NCBI RefSeq assembly: GCF_964355755.1
Contig: NC_092676.1
Coordinates: 22,834,871-22,898,870, forward strand
Reading direction: 5' to 3'
From: Antedon mediterranea
Lineage: Eukaryota; Animalia; Echinodermata
Length of the DNA stretch: 64,000 nucleotides
The notes under the pieces were generated by a model. That model was not told where the DNA came from. It worked only from the letters and a program-made list of their open reading frames with translations, and ran no database searches. Shown one piece after another: positions 13,844 to 25,477 of this stretch; positions within the stretch are counted from its first letter, which is position 1, and each line of letters begins with the position of its first letter. Position numbers and translations under genes: made by a program.

Positions 13844-16800
13844 ATGAAGGAATTAAAAACCTATATTTGTTTATTGGGTTTAGCATTTATTAATATAGTC
13901 ACAGGTAAGTGTATTTGGATAGTATTTATTGGTATGTTTGTCTTGTCTTTGTTATGTAGAATATTACGCTTACTGTAGTTTTTATACTTAGCATTTTTCG
14001 GTTACCCTGAAACTAAAAGTCCTCATTACAGTTTTTGTCCTGTTTCCGGTTCCCGTGTTGTCCTGGTTTTTTTTTAATAGTTTTTATGGGCTGCCTTATA
14101 CAAGCTTTGCTTTTTTGAAATTTTGCCCCTCTTATTTGAATCATATTTACTGTCAATTTTTATTTATTATGAAATTGTAAGAGAAATAAATAATGTTACT
14201 TTGATTGATTAAATAGTTGAAAAATTCATCATCATCATTATTATCATCATCATCATTATCATCATTTATCGTTGTTACGTTGTCAACAGTTAGTCTCATA
14301 ATTATTTATCTTTTTATCACCCAAACTTTATCTCTACTTTCACATCATCAATCTATGATTGATATTGATATTGATATCACCATCCTCCACATTATTATTA
14401 CGTAATTCGTTTCTTATCATTATTTTCCTACGTCATTATAATTACCATCATATTTATTATCTTATTATCGTCTTTCATTTTAACATATATTATAATTAAA
14501 TTAACCCATCATCATCGTACATTTTTAAACATTGCTAAACATTCTATTGTCATAACCTAAAGCTCTGTCTACACTATCAAACTTTATGTGATAAAGTGTG
14601 ATGTGCCCAAATATGGTAGTGATATGCCTAAATATGGCGTCATCATGTTCATATATGGGCACATCACATGTTTGTGTAACATAAAGTTTGATAGTGTGGA
14701 CAGAGCTTTATAACGCAATAATAATCTAAATGGTTATTTCTTCATGTAGCTGCCACAGAAAAGCCAAACAACGGCCTTTGTCCGATTAATCCCACGTTGC
14801 CGACAGACGCTGCCGGCAACACTTACGAATGTCCAAAATTCAACGATGATGGAACGGAAAATACGCATACAGAATGTTGCCATAACGACCGTCCTGATGC
14901 GGAGGGGAATTATCATTCATGTTGCCAGAATGAAGCCGATAAAACTGCAGAACAGTAAGTTGGAATATATATATATATATTTATTTATTTATTGTTTGCG
15001 GTACACCACGTATATAAGTTCTGAAAAGAACTGTTGAGTTTAAGAGTGGGACTAGTGTGAAAGCCAAAAACAATAGCAAGTTCACACAGTAGAAGGAATT
15101 GAATTCTGATTTATTTATTTTTTATTTATTATTTTATTTCCAAACCCAATAACAAGAGGGTTACATACACAAAAAAATTTGATACAAATACAAGAAGAAA
15201 TGCATAAATAATAAACGTTATAATAAGGTAGCACTTAACTTAAACTTTGTTCTTAAACTGATTCAATGAATATGAAAAAATATCAAGGCCGTTATCTTTA
15301 TGTATTGTCCCTTGAAACACAAACAAAATGAAGGTCAAAATATACTAAATTTTAATTGGCAAAGTAATATTAAAGTTATTCACTTTAAGTCGAAAATTCG
15401 AGCCAAAAACAACAATTTTACGTAATTAACAGGTAAATTAATTTGATTACATTTCGTCTGGAAAATAGTCGCAAGCGAAAGTAAACAAAGATTTCAAACC
15501 ATGAGTATTCATTATGCATGATGCTAATTAGGATTGTTTACAACTCGTCACTGTTGAGAGGGTGTTTTCACACAGATCGCGAGGACATTTTATGATTATG
15601 CATACAGAGTAGCCAAATAAGCGCATTGCGTTATAAGATATGTTTTGATCGAAAACTTTGACTGGAAGTCAAAGTTATGTTTTGAACCAAAAAACGTCTG
15701 TATTTCAGTTAAATTATTTTTTTTTCGACTAATTTTTGGTGAAAGTTAATAACTATTATGATACTTCAAAATGACTCACTTTTTTTTAAAATCTTTTTAT
15801 TCTTATTTTTTTGGAATTTGACAAAGGGACAATACATTTACTTAATCTACAAAACAATCCATTTTGACAGACATTCACTTTCCCGAATAGAACGAAATGT
15901 TAGTTTGGTTCTTAATCTACGAGAAGGTACTTTCTTACATGTAATCTTTTTAATATATTTTTACATGATCGAAAATCGAAGTTGATGTTTTAGTAAAAAA
16001 CACATCAAAAGATTAAAAGTGTTTTTGAATTTTTCTTTCATTGTATTATGGTTTTTTTTTATTGCGCTGTCGTTTAAATCATAAATTAGCTCAAGTTGAT
16101 ATGACAAGCCATGTATGCCAAATATTTCTTTTAGATTTATGTTAGGCCCATATTTTGGTTGTAAAATATTAATCTGTTAATTACAATCTGTGATTACATT
16201 GATTTTTTTTTATAGAAATGCAGCATTTTATCGGATACTAGCTTACATCGCCACTGGTACAGCAGTTTGTATTGCATTTGTGATAGTATATACATACTGT
16301 AAACCGGATACATTCCCATGTTTAAAACCACTGAAAAGATATTCAAAAAGAGCGTTTGATTTTACTATGGATGCTATTTGTTTCTGTCCATGTTTACCCA
16401 AGTAAGAAACTTATTATTATTATACTAATAATATTTTAAAACCTAATTTTGACATTCCCTAATTGTTGGTAGTTTGCAAAGATATACAATGTTGTATCTA
16501 GAAAGACGATATTATTTTGTATTGTATCATGTTTCTAAGAAAAAATTAAATGAAAAAAAAAATGCACTGTTGAATGTAATCATTTTAATAATATGTTACA
16601 TTACATATAAATGTGTATGACGGAACTTATATACGATACTATACCGAGCAATTTGGGAGATACCAATAAGATAATAAAGATTGGTACACTTGATGATTAG
16701 TTTAATGTAAATAATACAAGCCCAAAAAATAATGATTTCGCACTACGATCTTTAAAAACGTTTGTAATTCAACGGATTAAACTTATGGTTCAGAAACAGC

Positions 16801-17412
16801 CATTTATCATTTTAAAGCATATTATTAAAGTAGATCTAATTATAATAGTAACTGTTCTCATTATTTTATTTATTAAAAAGATATATTGTCCCCCTAAAAA
16901 AATATTTTTTTTAATTTTTTTGTTGAATATGTTATTTTAATGTCACATAATAGTTATTCACTCTCACAAAAAATTGGGTCTGAAAAAAATCTATTTACCT
17001 GAGAAAAATGTAATTTAAAGCAAAACATGGTCAAATTGTCTGGAAGACAATGAGTTTTTGGGTAATTTAACTGTTTATTTTGTCTTTTTATAGGTGAAAT
17101 AATTTTTTTCCGCCATTTTTTTTCTTATGGAAGTGAACAACTTCAATAAAACTGCAAAATGGCCTATTCAAAGTGCGATTTTAAAAATCTTTATTTTTCC
17201 TGATTTTGGGGGACAATAGAATTTAAAAAAAGACCAAAACTCCATCAAGTTTATTAATCTTTATAATAATTTTGTTTTTTAGGCAATGTCAGCGAGGAGA
17301 ACCCAAGAAAGAAAAAAAGAAACGTGAGAGAGGTGAAAAGAACAAACCAAACGTACCGCAATGGGGAGATGACAATTTAGTGAAGCCAGACAGTTGGTAC
17401 AACAATGTATAA
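13844..17412 (+). CDS. Shisa-like (six-Cys C*C*CC*CC) single-pass membrane protein, paralogue A, ~190 aa
   Basis: Exons 13844-13904 (signal peptide MKELKTYICLLGLAFINIVT), 14759-14954 (in-frame alternative acceptor at 14750; NNGLC...YECPKFNDDGTENTHTECCHNDRPDAEGNYHSCCQNE), 16216-16401 (TM ILAYIATGTAVCIAFVIVYTY, then ...ICFCPCLP), 17283-17412 (basic tail ending DSWYNNV*). Phases 1/2/2 join in frame. Confidence 0.85.
14559..14708. mobile_element. Palindromic MITE family 1 (best copy, intron 1 of Shisa-like A)
   Basis: TIR AAGCTCTGTCTACACTATCAAACTTTATG...CATAAAGTTTGATAGTGTGGACAGAGCTT with TA/TWA flanks. Other copies at ~2682-2836, ~11788-11895, ~24510-24650, ~24793-24912. Confidence 0.85.
16879..17222. 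mobile_element. Family 3 (TTAA, Kolobok-like) copy in intron 3 of Shisa-like A
   Basis: AGATATATTGTCCCC...GGGGGACAATAGAATTTAA; internal similarity to the 36394 copy. Accounts for part of the longer intron 3 in A versus B. Confidence 0.72.
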
Positions 17413-18138
17413 ACAAAAGACTTTTGAAAAAAAAACCCAAATAATCGCTGAGATTGAAACTTTTTTTTGTGGACAGCTTCTTTTGGGAACTACGACTCCA
17501 TTTTCTTGGACGATTTTTAAGCCAATTTTAAAAATAGTATTTATTCAGATGGCCTTTATATAATATTTTTCATCATTTGCTATGGAATCCTACCTAGTCA
17601 GCATATGTGTATAACTTCAATAGAATTGATGAAGAAGGGGTAGTAGGGTATGGGGTGGGGAGTACTAAAGGTTTTTGCGTAGTTGTTTTAGTATATAAAT
17701 GATTTACACAAAACAATAATATTAATAGATAGATAATTAAAAAAATGAACAAAATAAAAAAGTGTATTGAATTCTTAATGCACAAACCTGAAGTATTGAG
17801 AGAACTAATGGTTTAGATTTTCTTTTGAAATTTGTCTATTTATTAAAATTCTTGTGTTCTATTTTAGTTAATAATTTACAAGATAAATAAATATTTACTT
17901 CGATTTAAATAAAGTTAAATATAAAGATAAAGCATAGAGATAATACTATATAAAGTCTTTGTGGTATACATTTTTTCAACAATCTCAAAATGCGATCCGC
18001 CCTCTATTGGATTTCTAACATAAATGTTTAATGACGAAGAAGATAAGATAGCAAACATTCTGGAGCTCAACGAAAGGCGGTGGGATACGCTTTAAATAAA
18101 TATTGAAATAGACAAGTTTAACAGGTTTGAATATAACA

Positions 18139-19575
18139 ATGACGACATTTCAAATGTACTTTTTATTGACTTTAATAGTATTTATTCCTGTTGTCACAGG
18201 TACGTTTGTCTATTGTTACTGTGGTATAAATAATTCTTATCATAATTATCATCTTAATCATCATCATTGTCAAAAGTGTCATCCTTATTAGTTAATTATC
18301 TGTTTTCCTTTTTTTTTTACTACCTGACACAATGTTCACAACCCCTCTGACACAATGTCAATGACTATTTTTTTTATCGTCCTATCGTTCAATGGTTTAC
18401 CACAGGAAATCCCCAAAATGGTCTTTGCGTCATAGAGGGCACCAGTAAGAAATACAGATGTTCAAGATACAACGATGACGGAACGGACAATACGCACACG
18501 GAGTGTTGCACTAACGACCGTCCTGACAAGGACGGAAATTATCATTCATGTTGCCAGAATGAAGCCGATAAAGTTGCAGAACGGTACGTTACCTCTGTAC
18601 AGTACACCATTTTAAAAAGTTATGCAGTGTAACAGTAACAAAGTAGAAAAAAAAAGAAGAAAAAACAAAACCAAAAACAAACAAGCAAAAAAGAAGAGAT
18701 ATTTTTTTTTCTTTAGAAATACAGTTTTTATAATGTTGTGTCATTATACCACACCATTAGAAATCTAGCTCAAGTTTTGGTATGAAATGCCATGTATGCC
18801 AAAATATTTCTCTTAAATCGCCGTCTAGAACTTGCATATTAACCTGTTAAATCGGTTGGTGGAAATCGTTTCATTCCTCTTTCCATGGTTCCATTTTTGC
18901 GCAAGAGAGTCATCGAAACATTTAGTGTGTTCATAATATTAAAACCATGTGTTTTGTTTTTATATAGAAACGCAGCCTTTTATCGCAAACTTGTTTACAT
19001 CATCACGGGTACATCAGTGTGTATCGCACTCGTGATATTATTTACTTACTGTAAGGCGGATACATTCCCATGCTTGAGACCATTGAGAACATATTCAAAC
19101 AGAATAATCGACATTACGATGGATTCCATCTGTTTTTGTCCGTGTTTGCCCAAGTAAGAATGTTTCTAAAGACTTGAGATGTTATTGATTTTGATTAAAC
19201 GATTGTTAATCATTTTTAGAGGCACATAAAATAAAATATGTACAGGCCTACACAGTCATTTCCACACGAAAATAAAAATGTATGTAAAGGAAATGGAAAG
19301 AAATCATGTATAAATATTTTGAAAAAAGTATTATTTTGAAGCGTTACTATTAGCCTTAATAATCTATCTAAAGTAGTTATCCAGATTGTTAGTTTAGTTA
19401 GTATTGTCGAAGTGAAGTTAAAACATTGTTTTTCGATTTTTCCAGAAAATTTCGTCGAGGAGAACACAAGAAAGAAAAAAAGAAGAGAGAGAGGAGTGAT
19501 AAGAATAAACCAAACGTACCGCAATGGGGAGACGAAAATTTGGTGAAACTAGATAGTTGGTATGATAATGTATAA
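18139..19575 (+). CDS. Shisa-like single-pass membrane protein, paralogue B, 184 aa
   Basis: Exons 18139-18199, 18406-18583 (QNGLCVIEGTSKKYRCSRYNDDGTDNTHTECCTNDRPDKDGNYHSCCQNE), 18968-19153 (TM + ICFCPCLP), 19446-19575 (tail ending DSWYDNV*). Same phases as paralogue A, identical sizes for exons 1, 3 and 4, and high protein similarity. Confidence 0.87.
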
Positions 19576-21481
19576 AGTTCTGGAAGAAATAACATTGGTG
19601 TTGCGGTCACATGGAATCCATTTCCAAGCACTACTGTTTTGTGGCTGGACATTTATTAGATATTTGAATTAAGAGGATACCTTTAATACTCATCACATTT
19701 TAGATATGAGATATTCCCTTTAAATATATTACCTATTTCACTTAAAGCCAATACAAATGTCCTAAGTGGTGTACCTGTAGGTATGAGATATGTAGTAATA
19801 GTGTTATGTGAAGTATATATTCATTTTGCTATTGGTGAATACACCCACAGCTCAGTCACTAGCACCTGTATTGCAAGACAGAAAACAATGGATTTGCATA
19901 TGAAAATCAGCAATGCAAAGGGGTGAAGGGAAACGCATTTTGATTACAAAAACTCGAGCCTACGCCATCAGTTGTTTAGTCCGTCTGTAGCCAACAGCAA
20001 GAAGATATGAGACTGAATTTTCGCTGTACAGTATGTGTGTGTATATCGATCATCAATCTTTTCGTATGTAATTTTACTCCTATATAGATCATCAGTGTTT
20101 TATTTTCGATATTTTACATCTGTATTGGTATTATGATGAACATGTTATTTGTTACCAAATAAGTCACGACATTGAAGTTAGCAATATAAAGCAATACATT
20201 ATTTTCAATACTATTAATAGAATAGGCTTAACAATCTTTATCTATATAGTCTTATATCTCTATAGTCTTTATCTATAGTCTTATACACTAGTACCGTTGA
20301 AGGGCTAGTTTTGCACGAAAGCTCTGCTAATTTATCTGGTTGTTTTACTTTATCGTGTTGATTTAGCTTTTTGCTTATTTTATTTTGTATCTCCATTAAG
20401 ATCCAGCCAATGACTGATACACACAGCATTTTAAATTATTTCAGTAATTTACCTTTAGATTTCTATATAGCCTTATATAAATATAAAGAACGTATTATTT
20501 TTTTTTATGTTTCCAACGATTACTTAATAAGGACAGCAATTAAATTTGCTAGATCCTTGGCAACAAGAATGATAATGCAATATTTGACTTTAATTAAAAT
20601 TATCTAAATAGGAAATTCAAATAGGCATTGTACAAAGAAGAAGTTTCTGCTTGTTTCAACACGTTATTTGTATGACGATATACATCATTAATATTCATAG
20701 CCTCAATTTTCAATCCCACAATGCACCAATCGTTACGTATTTTACTGTCAGCTGTCGTATTCCCACGGCTCGTAACTTAAATAGGCCTTAACACAAATTG
20801 AAGATGAATATTGATAAAAACAGTTCGATGTTATAAATATGTAACCTGCTAGCAACACATTGTTAATACTTATTACAGGTTATTTATAGTGTATAAATAA
20901 TGAATGTTTATGAGTAAAAAATTCGTTGAAAGTTTGACTGTCCTATTCGTTTATCTTATCTTATTTCGGTTTCTATCTTACTGAATAATTATTATTTACA
21001 AACAGTTAAGTTTATTTATAAAAAATATTAAAAAGCATACTGAAAAAAAAGGATATAAATTTATAAATGCATAATTATATCGTTAACACATTATTCTACT
21101 GTAGTGGATTCAGTAACTAGATTTGCAACAGGCACTGTAGTAAATGGTGTGTATTGTTACCTACAGAAAGCTTGGCTAAACAATTTGTTAAAGAGATAAA
21201 ATAATTTGTTAAAGAGATAAAATAATGTAGTTTCTCTGCAGTTAAATAATGTAGTTACTGCAGTAACTGCAATAATTTCGACATGTTTCCTAAAATTATA
21301 TTATATATTTAACAGTTATTAGAAATTGTAAACAAATTGAACGTATTGTCATGAAGGTAAATATTGTTTTACAAACTAAACAAATACACTTAAGACCATA
21401 TTTCGTCTTATTAATATTACTGTCGCATTAGAACACAGTCAGAACACAAGGCATTACATGGAGGAGTAACCTAGTTTGACA

Positions 21482-23516
21482 ATGCTACGTCTGCTTAAAC
21501 TGGTTACAGTTTTTCTTTTATTAGGTAAGGTTTGTAGATTTTTGTATCGTACAATACATTTAATTTAATTTAATTTTATCTATTTCAACAAATATATACA
21601 TATAATAAATAAGTATAAAATGAAATAAAGCGATATTTTTATTGCTTTTGACAATCCGACAGAATCGTGTCCTTATCTTATAAGTAGTATCGTATCATTT
21701 TTATTATCAAATTCAATATCATTGAAATCTATTTTTATAATTCTCAATATATGTATCTTTTAAATTAAATTATTGTCTTTATCATTATCATCGCCATGAT
21801 CATTTTTTTTATTATCATGTAATTGTTTTTTAGGAAGAATACTTTGTCAGGACAAACCGTGCCCTAAAGATGGCATATACGCTAACATCGAAGCAGACGA
21901 CAATACATTCTATTGTATGGCAACGGTAAACAACGAACCGAATCCTTACACAAAGTGTTGTTGGGAAGATAGACCAGTGAATGCAGCAGGGGATTATGAT
22001 CCAAATGGAGATACGTATTCGTGTTGCAAAGAAGACGCCGAGGCTAGTGCAGAATTGTACGTATTGTAGGCCTACTTTTTTAAAGCTACGTTAACACTGA
22101 GCGTGGATTCGGTCTAGTGGCCTAAAAGCCAACATAGACAGCTTCGTACGATGAAGCCAACTCCGATCACTACTTGCCCCACCCTCCTTCGACGATCTAA
22201 AAACTACGCACGACGCTATCTCGAACGACTCGTCTCATTTGGTTTCAACTAAGACCGCGCCGACGAGTCAAGACGTTTAGTTGGGATTCCTCGTAGGACG
22301 TTGTCTGAGTTGGCCTTTTGAAACACCACCGCTTTAAGCTACTGTACACAATACATTGGAATAATACAGAGTGGGTGAGTGGATGGTTCTATTCTTAATC
22401 ACTACACACATTTATCACAATTCTACAGTCAACGTACCAGGACCAGGACTCAGTGTTAACGTAGCGTGAATTTGTACACGTATAAAGAAAACGCGTCAAC
22501 ATTTTTTTACGATCTAGTAGATGAAATGATTTATACAATTTGAATTATTTTCTGAAGACAAATACAGTTTAATTTAGATCATACAATCTTTCCTCATACA
22601 ATATTTTACATGTGTCTTTTCAATAATGTATACTGCACGTAGTATACAGTAGTCGGTCTGTGTAACTTTTTGCCTAAATAGAGGAAAATAAATAGGGAAA
22701 TTTACATAATATAAACTAATAGAGGGAGCTGTTTTTCATTATAGAGGGCGTACTTTTTCAATTCATTTATTCATCTTTTTATTTCGGAATACCATGAATA
22801 CATAATATATCCATATCAAAAAAAAATTAAGCTAGCTTTATCTAAAAAATCATTAACAAAAAAAATTGCAGTGTTGATATCAAAGTGGTCTTATATTATA
22901 TTATCCAGGTGGAAAGAATTTATCCTGATTTGTGTATATGTGGGTATTGTGACGGCTTGTTTAATGACAATTGTGTTTGTGACAACATACTGCCAGGTGG
23001 ACACATTCCCGTTCTTGAAACCCGCTTTAAAGAAGCTTCGATTTTGGAAAAACATAATTCTTGATTCCATTTGCTTTTGCCCCTGTTTGCCAAAGTAAGT
23101 AAAGAAAGTGTTTCACATAACCTACTAATTATTTAAAGTACCTACTGTATTATTCAGATAACCAAGGCTTGGTTTCGATCTAAGGCGCATACGGTAAGTA
23201 ATTAGACAACTGTATTATAATATTAATGTATGCATGATGTAGGGTGAATACGACGTAATTATTACATGTAGCGAACAATTGATGCCACTTGGTTCCATTT
23301 CACTAAGTACAATTCTTGAGTACTATATTCCTACTATGTTCTTACCATTATATACATAATTTTTTTTTTCATTTTAGAAAATTTCGTCGAAAACAAAAAA
23401 AGGCTAAGCCACACCAACCACCTCCTGAGATCAAAATTATACCGGATGAACAAGAGGTGACAAACACACCTGTGCAGGTGTTAGGAGAAGGATATGTTGG
23501 AGACGATTTTTGGTAG
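21482..23516 (+). CDS. Shisa-like single-pass membrane protein, divergent paralogue C, 196 aa
   Basis: Exons 21482-21524, 21834-22056 (QDKPC...FYC...YTKCCWEDRP...DTYSCCKE), 22909-23094 (TM + YCQVDTFP...ICFCPCLP), 23378-23516 (KFRRKQKKAKPHQPPP...GDDFW*). Same intron phases; exon 3 is 186 nt as in A and B. Confidence 0.85.
22085..22465. mobile_element. MITE with 17-bp perfect TIR containing a nested inverted-repeat element
   Basis: GCTACGTTAACACTGAG (22085-22101) / CTCAGTGTTAACGTAGC (22449-22465). Inner element ~22125-22318 (AAAGCCAACATAGACA...TGTCTGAGTTGGCCTTT). Related copy at ~35677-35879. Confidence 0.7.
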
Positions 23517-24509
23517 ATTCCTAAAACGTAATTTTTATAATGTATTTAATGGCTTGTGATTATTTACTTTTGTTTTGCATCATTATGATAGAACGTATTT
23601 CTATAGAAGAAGAAATCACAGAATTCGGTTATGAAATGCAACATCAGACTCTAGATTTGCAGTGACTGAAGTGTGTCACGTGATATTGTGACGAATAACC
23701 AACATACAATTGTCAATATTAGTTTCTATGTGCTGTATATGAAATTAAGTAATAATTCTTATGTAGACAACATAATAATTAGAGGCTTACATAATAAGTC
23801 ACAATTGTTTTTGCTCACCGCCGCAATGTAAGCCTACTTTCTGGTGATTGTTTAGATATTTCATCTAATAAAGTGACGTCAACACAATTCGATGTTTGCT
23901 TGGCCAGAAGTTACATTTACCCATTAAACTAACATTGACAAACTAGAAAGTGGTTAAACTATGTCAACTTGACGTCTTTGTCGAATCTAATATGCTTTTC
24001 TTGATACACTATAAAGACAATGCAATTTAACGTAAACTAAGCTTTACACAGGCCCAATTAGTTCAGTCACAGTTTTTTACGTCAGAGGTCATTTTTCTGA
24101 GTATAGTGCTTTTGTTATTAATTTACTTTGATAATAATGATAATAATATCAACAGAACTGTTACACAAAGGCACGTTGTGTTTCACATGAAACGACGGAT
24201 CATTAAAGCCCTAATCTTATTTTAAATATTAAGACCTCTCAATTGTCGATGCTAAGACACTATTTGTTTTGTTTATTTTGTCATTGCTCTACAACGGTCA
24301 ATTGTCATAAACGTTAAACAATTCACAGGGTCATAATTCCAATAATTTGATCTTTCATTAAAAAAAATATTGCCATTGTTATGATTTATTTCCCGAATGA
24401 TCGTAAAATCATTCGTACTGGTTGCCATTCTACCTCCATGGTTTGACTAGTTATCTGGATATTGATGAAGTTAATCTATCTGTTGCAAATGGACCCGAGC
24501 CATGACCTA

Positions 24510-24912
24510 AGCCCCGTCTGCACTATCAAACTAGTTTGACCAAACAAAAGTGTGATATGCCCAAATATGATAGTGATATACCCATGATAGTGATATGACA
24601 TCATCACATTTTTTTTGTCATATAAAGTTTAATAGTGTAGACACAGAGCTTTATTTAGGCATTTAGTTGATAGAAGAAAGTGATAGTGATGTACTTACTG
24701 TTGTGATATAAATGTTATAAATAGTATATTAGATCAAAAACGATTTTCAGTATTAATTATTGACATTCCTGAGTTTAAAAATATATGATATAAAGCTCTG
24801 TCTATACTATCAAATTTTGTAGTAATAGGCTCAAATAAGGTAGTGATGTGACATTATCATGCCCATATTTTGGCACATCATATTGTGTTGTCACATAAAG
24901 TTTGACAGAGCT
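24510..24912. mobile_element. Two neighbouring MITE family 1 copies (24510-24650, 24793-24912) upstream of Reeler gene A
   Basis: CACTATCAAACT...AAAGTTTAATAGTGTAGAC and AAGCTCTGTCTATACTATCAAA...CATAAAGTTTGACAGAGCTT. Confidence 0.75.
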
Positions 24913-25477
24913 TAAGCAAGGAAATCATGGATTTCGACGATCATTACAATCATTTTCCTATTTACTGTGGAAATGATAGCGTGAAATTCAGAAAACAATT
25001 ATTGTATATTTACTGTAGTATTTGGCTGGTACGTTATATTGTTCTTTTTAAAAAGTATTATTATGATTGGTATGAACGCAAAAGAAGAAAACAAAACAAG
25101 AAATAATCTTCGAAATCCAATGACTTTTATAACACCTTCATAAACATACACATCTATTGATTCAGCATCGTTCCAACTGATTCACTGTCCCTGAAAATAA
25201 ATCTGGATTTTAGAGCAAAACAATAAAAATTTCGGCAATTGTTTACGTACCTTTTCCGGATACCTGGTGCCAAATAAGTTCAACAAAGAAGAAAGAAAAA
25301 ATTAAACCTAATTTAACTATCGTCCCTGAACTCGAAATGAAACGCCACAAAAAAAGTGGGCGGGACTATTATTTGTTGAATGTCCATAAACATTTTTGGA
25401 AAAAAATATCGATTCTCTTCATTCAGTAGAGAAAGTTTAACACCGTCGTACTAGCTACTAGTGGTCAGGCAGGCAAT

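Noticed and set aside
15255-16053. Possible additional TIR element in intron 2 of Shisa-like A
   Set aside because: Only weak terminal similarity (AAAC...CAATGAA) and no TSD; boundaries cannot be supported.
19216-19652. Minus-strand ORFs of 102 and 84 aa
   Set aside because: Antisense shadows of exon 4 of Shisa-like paralogue B.
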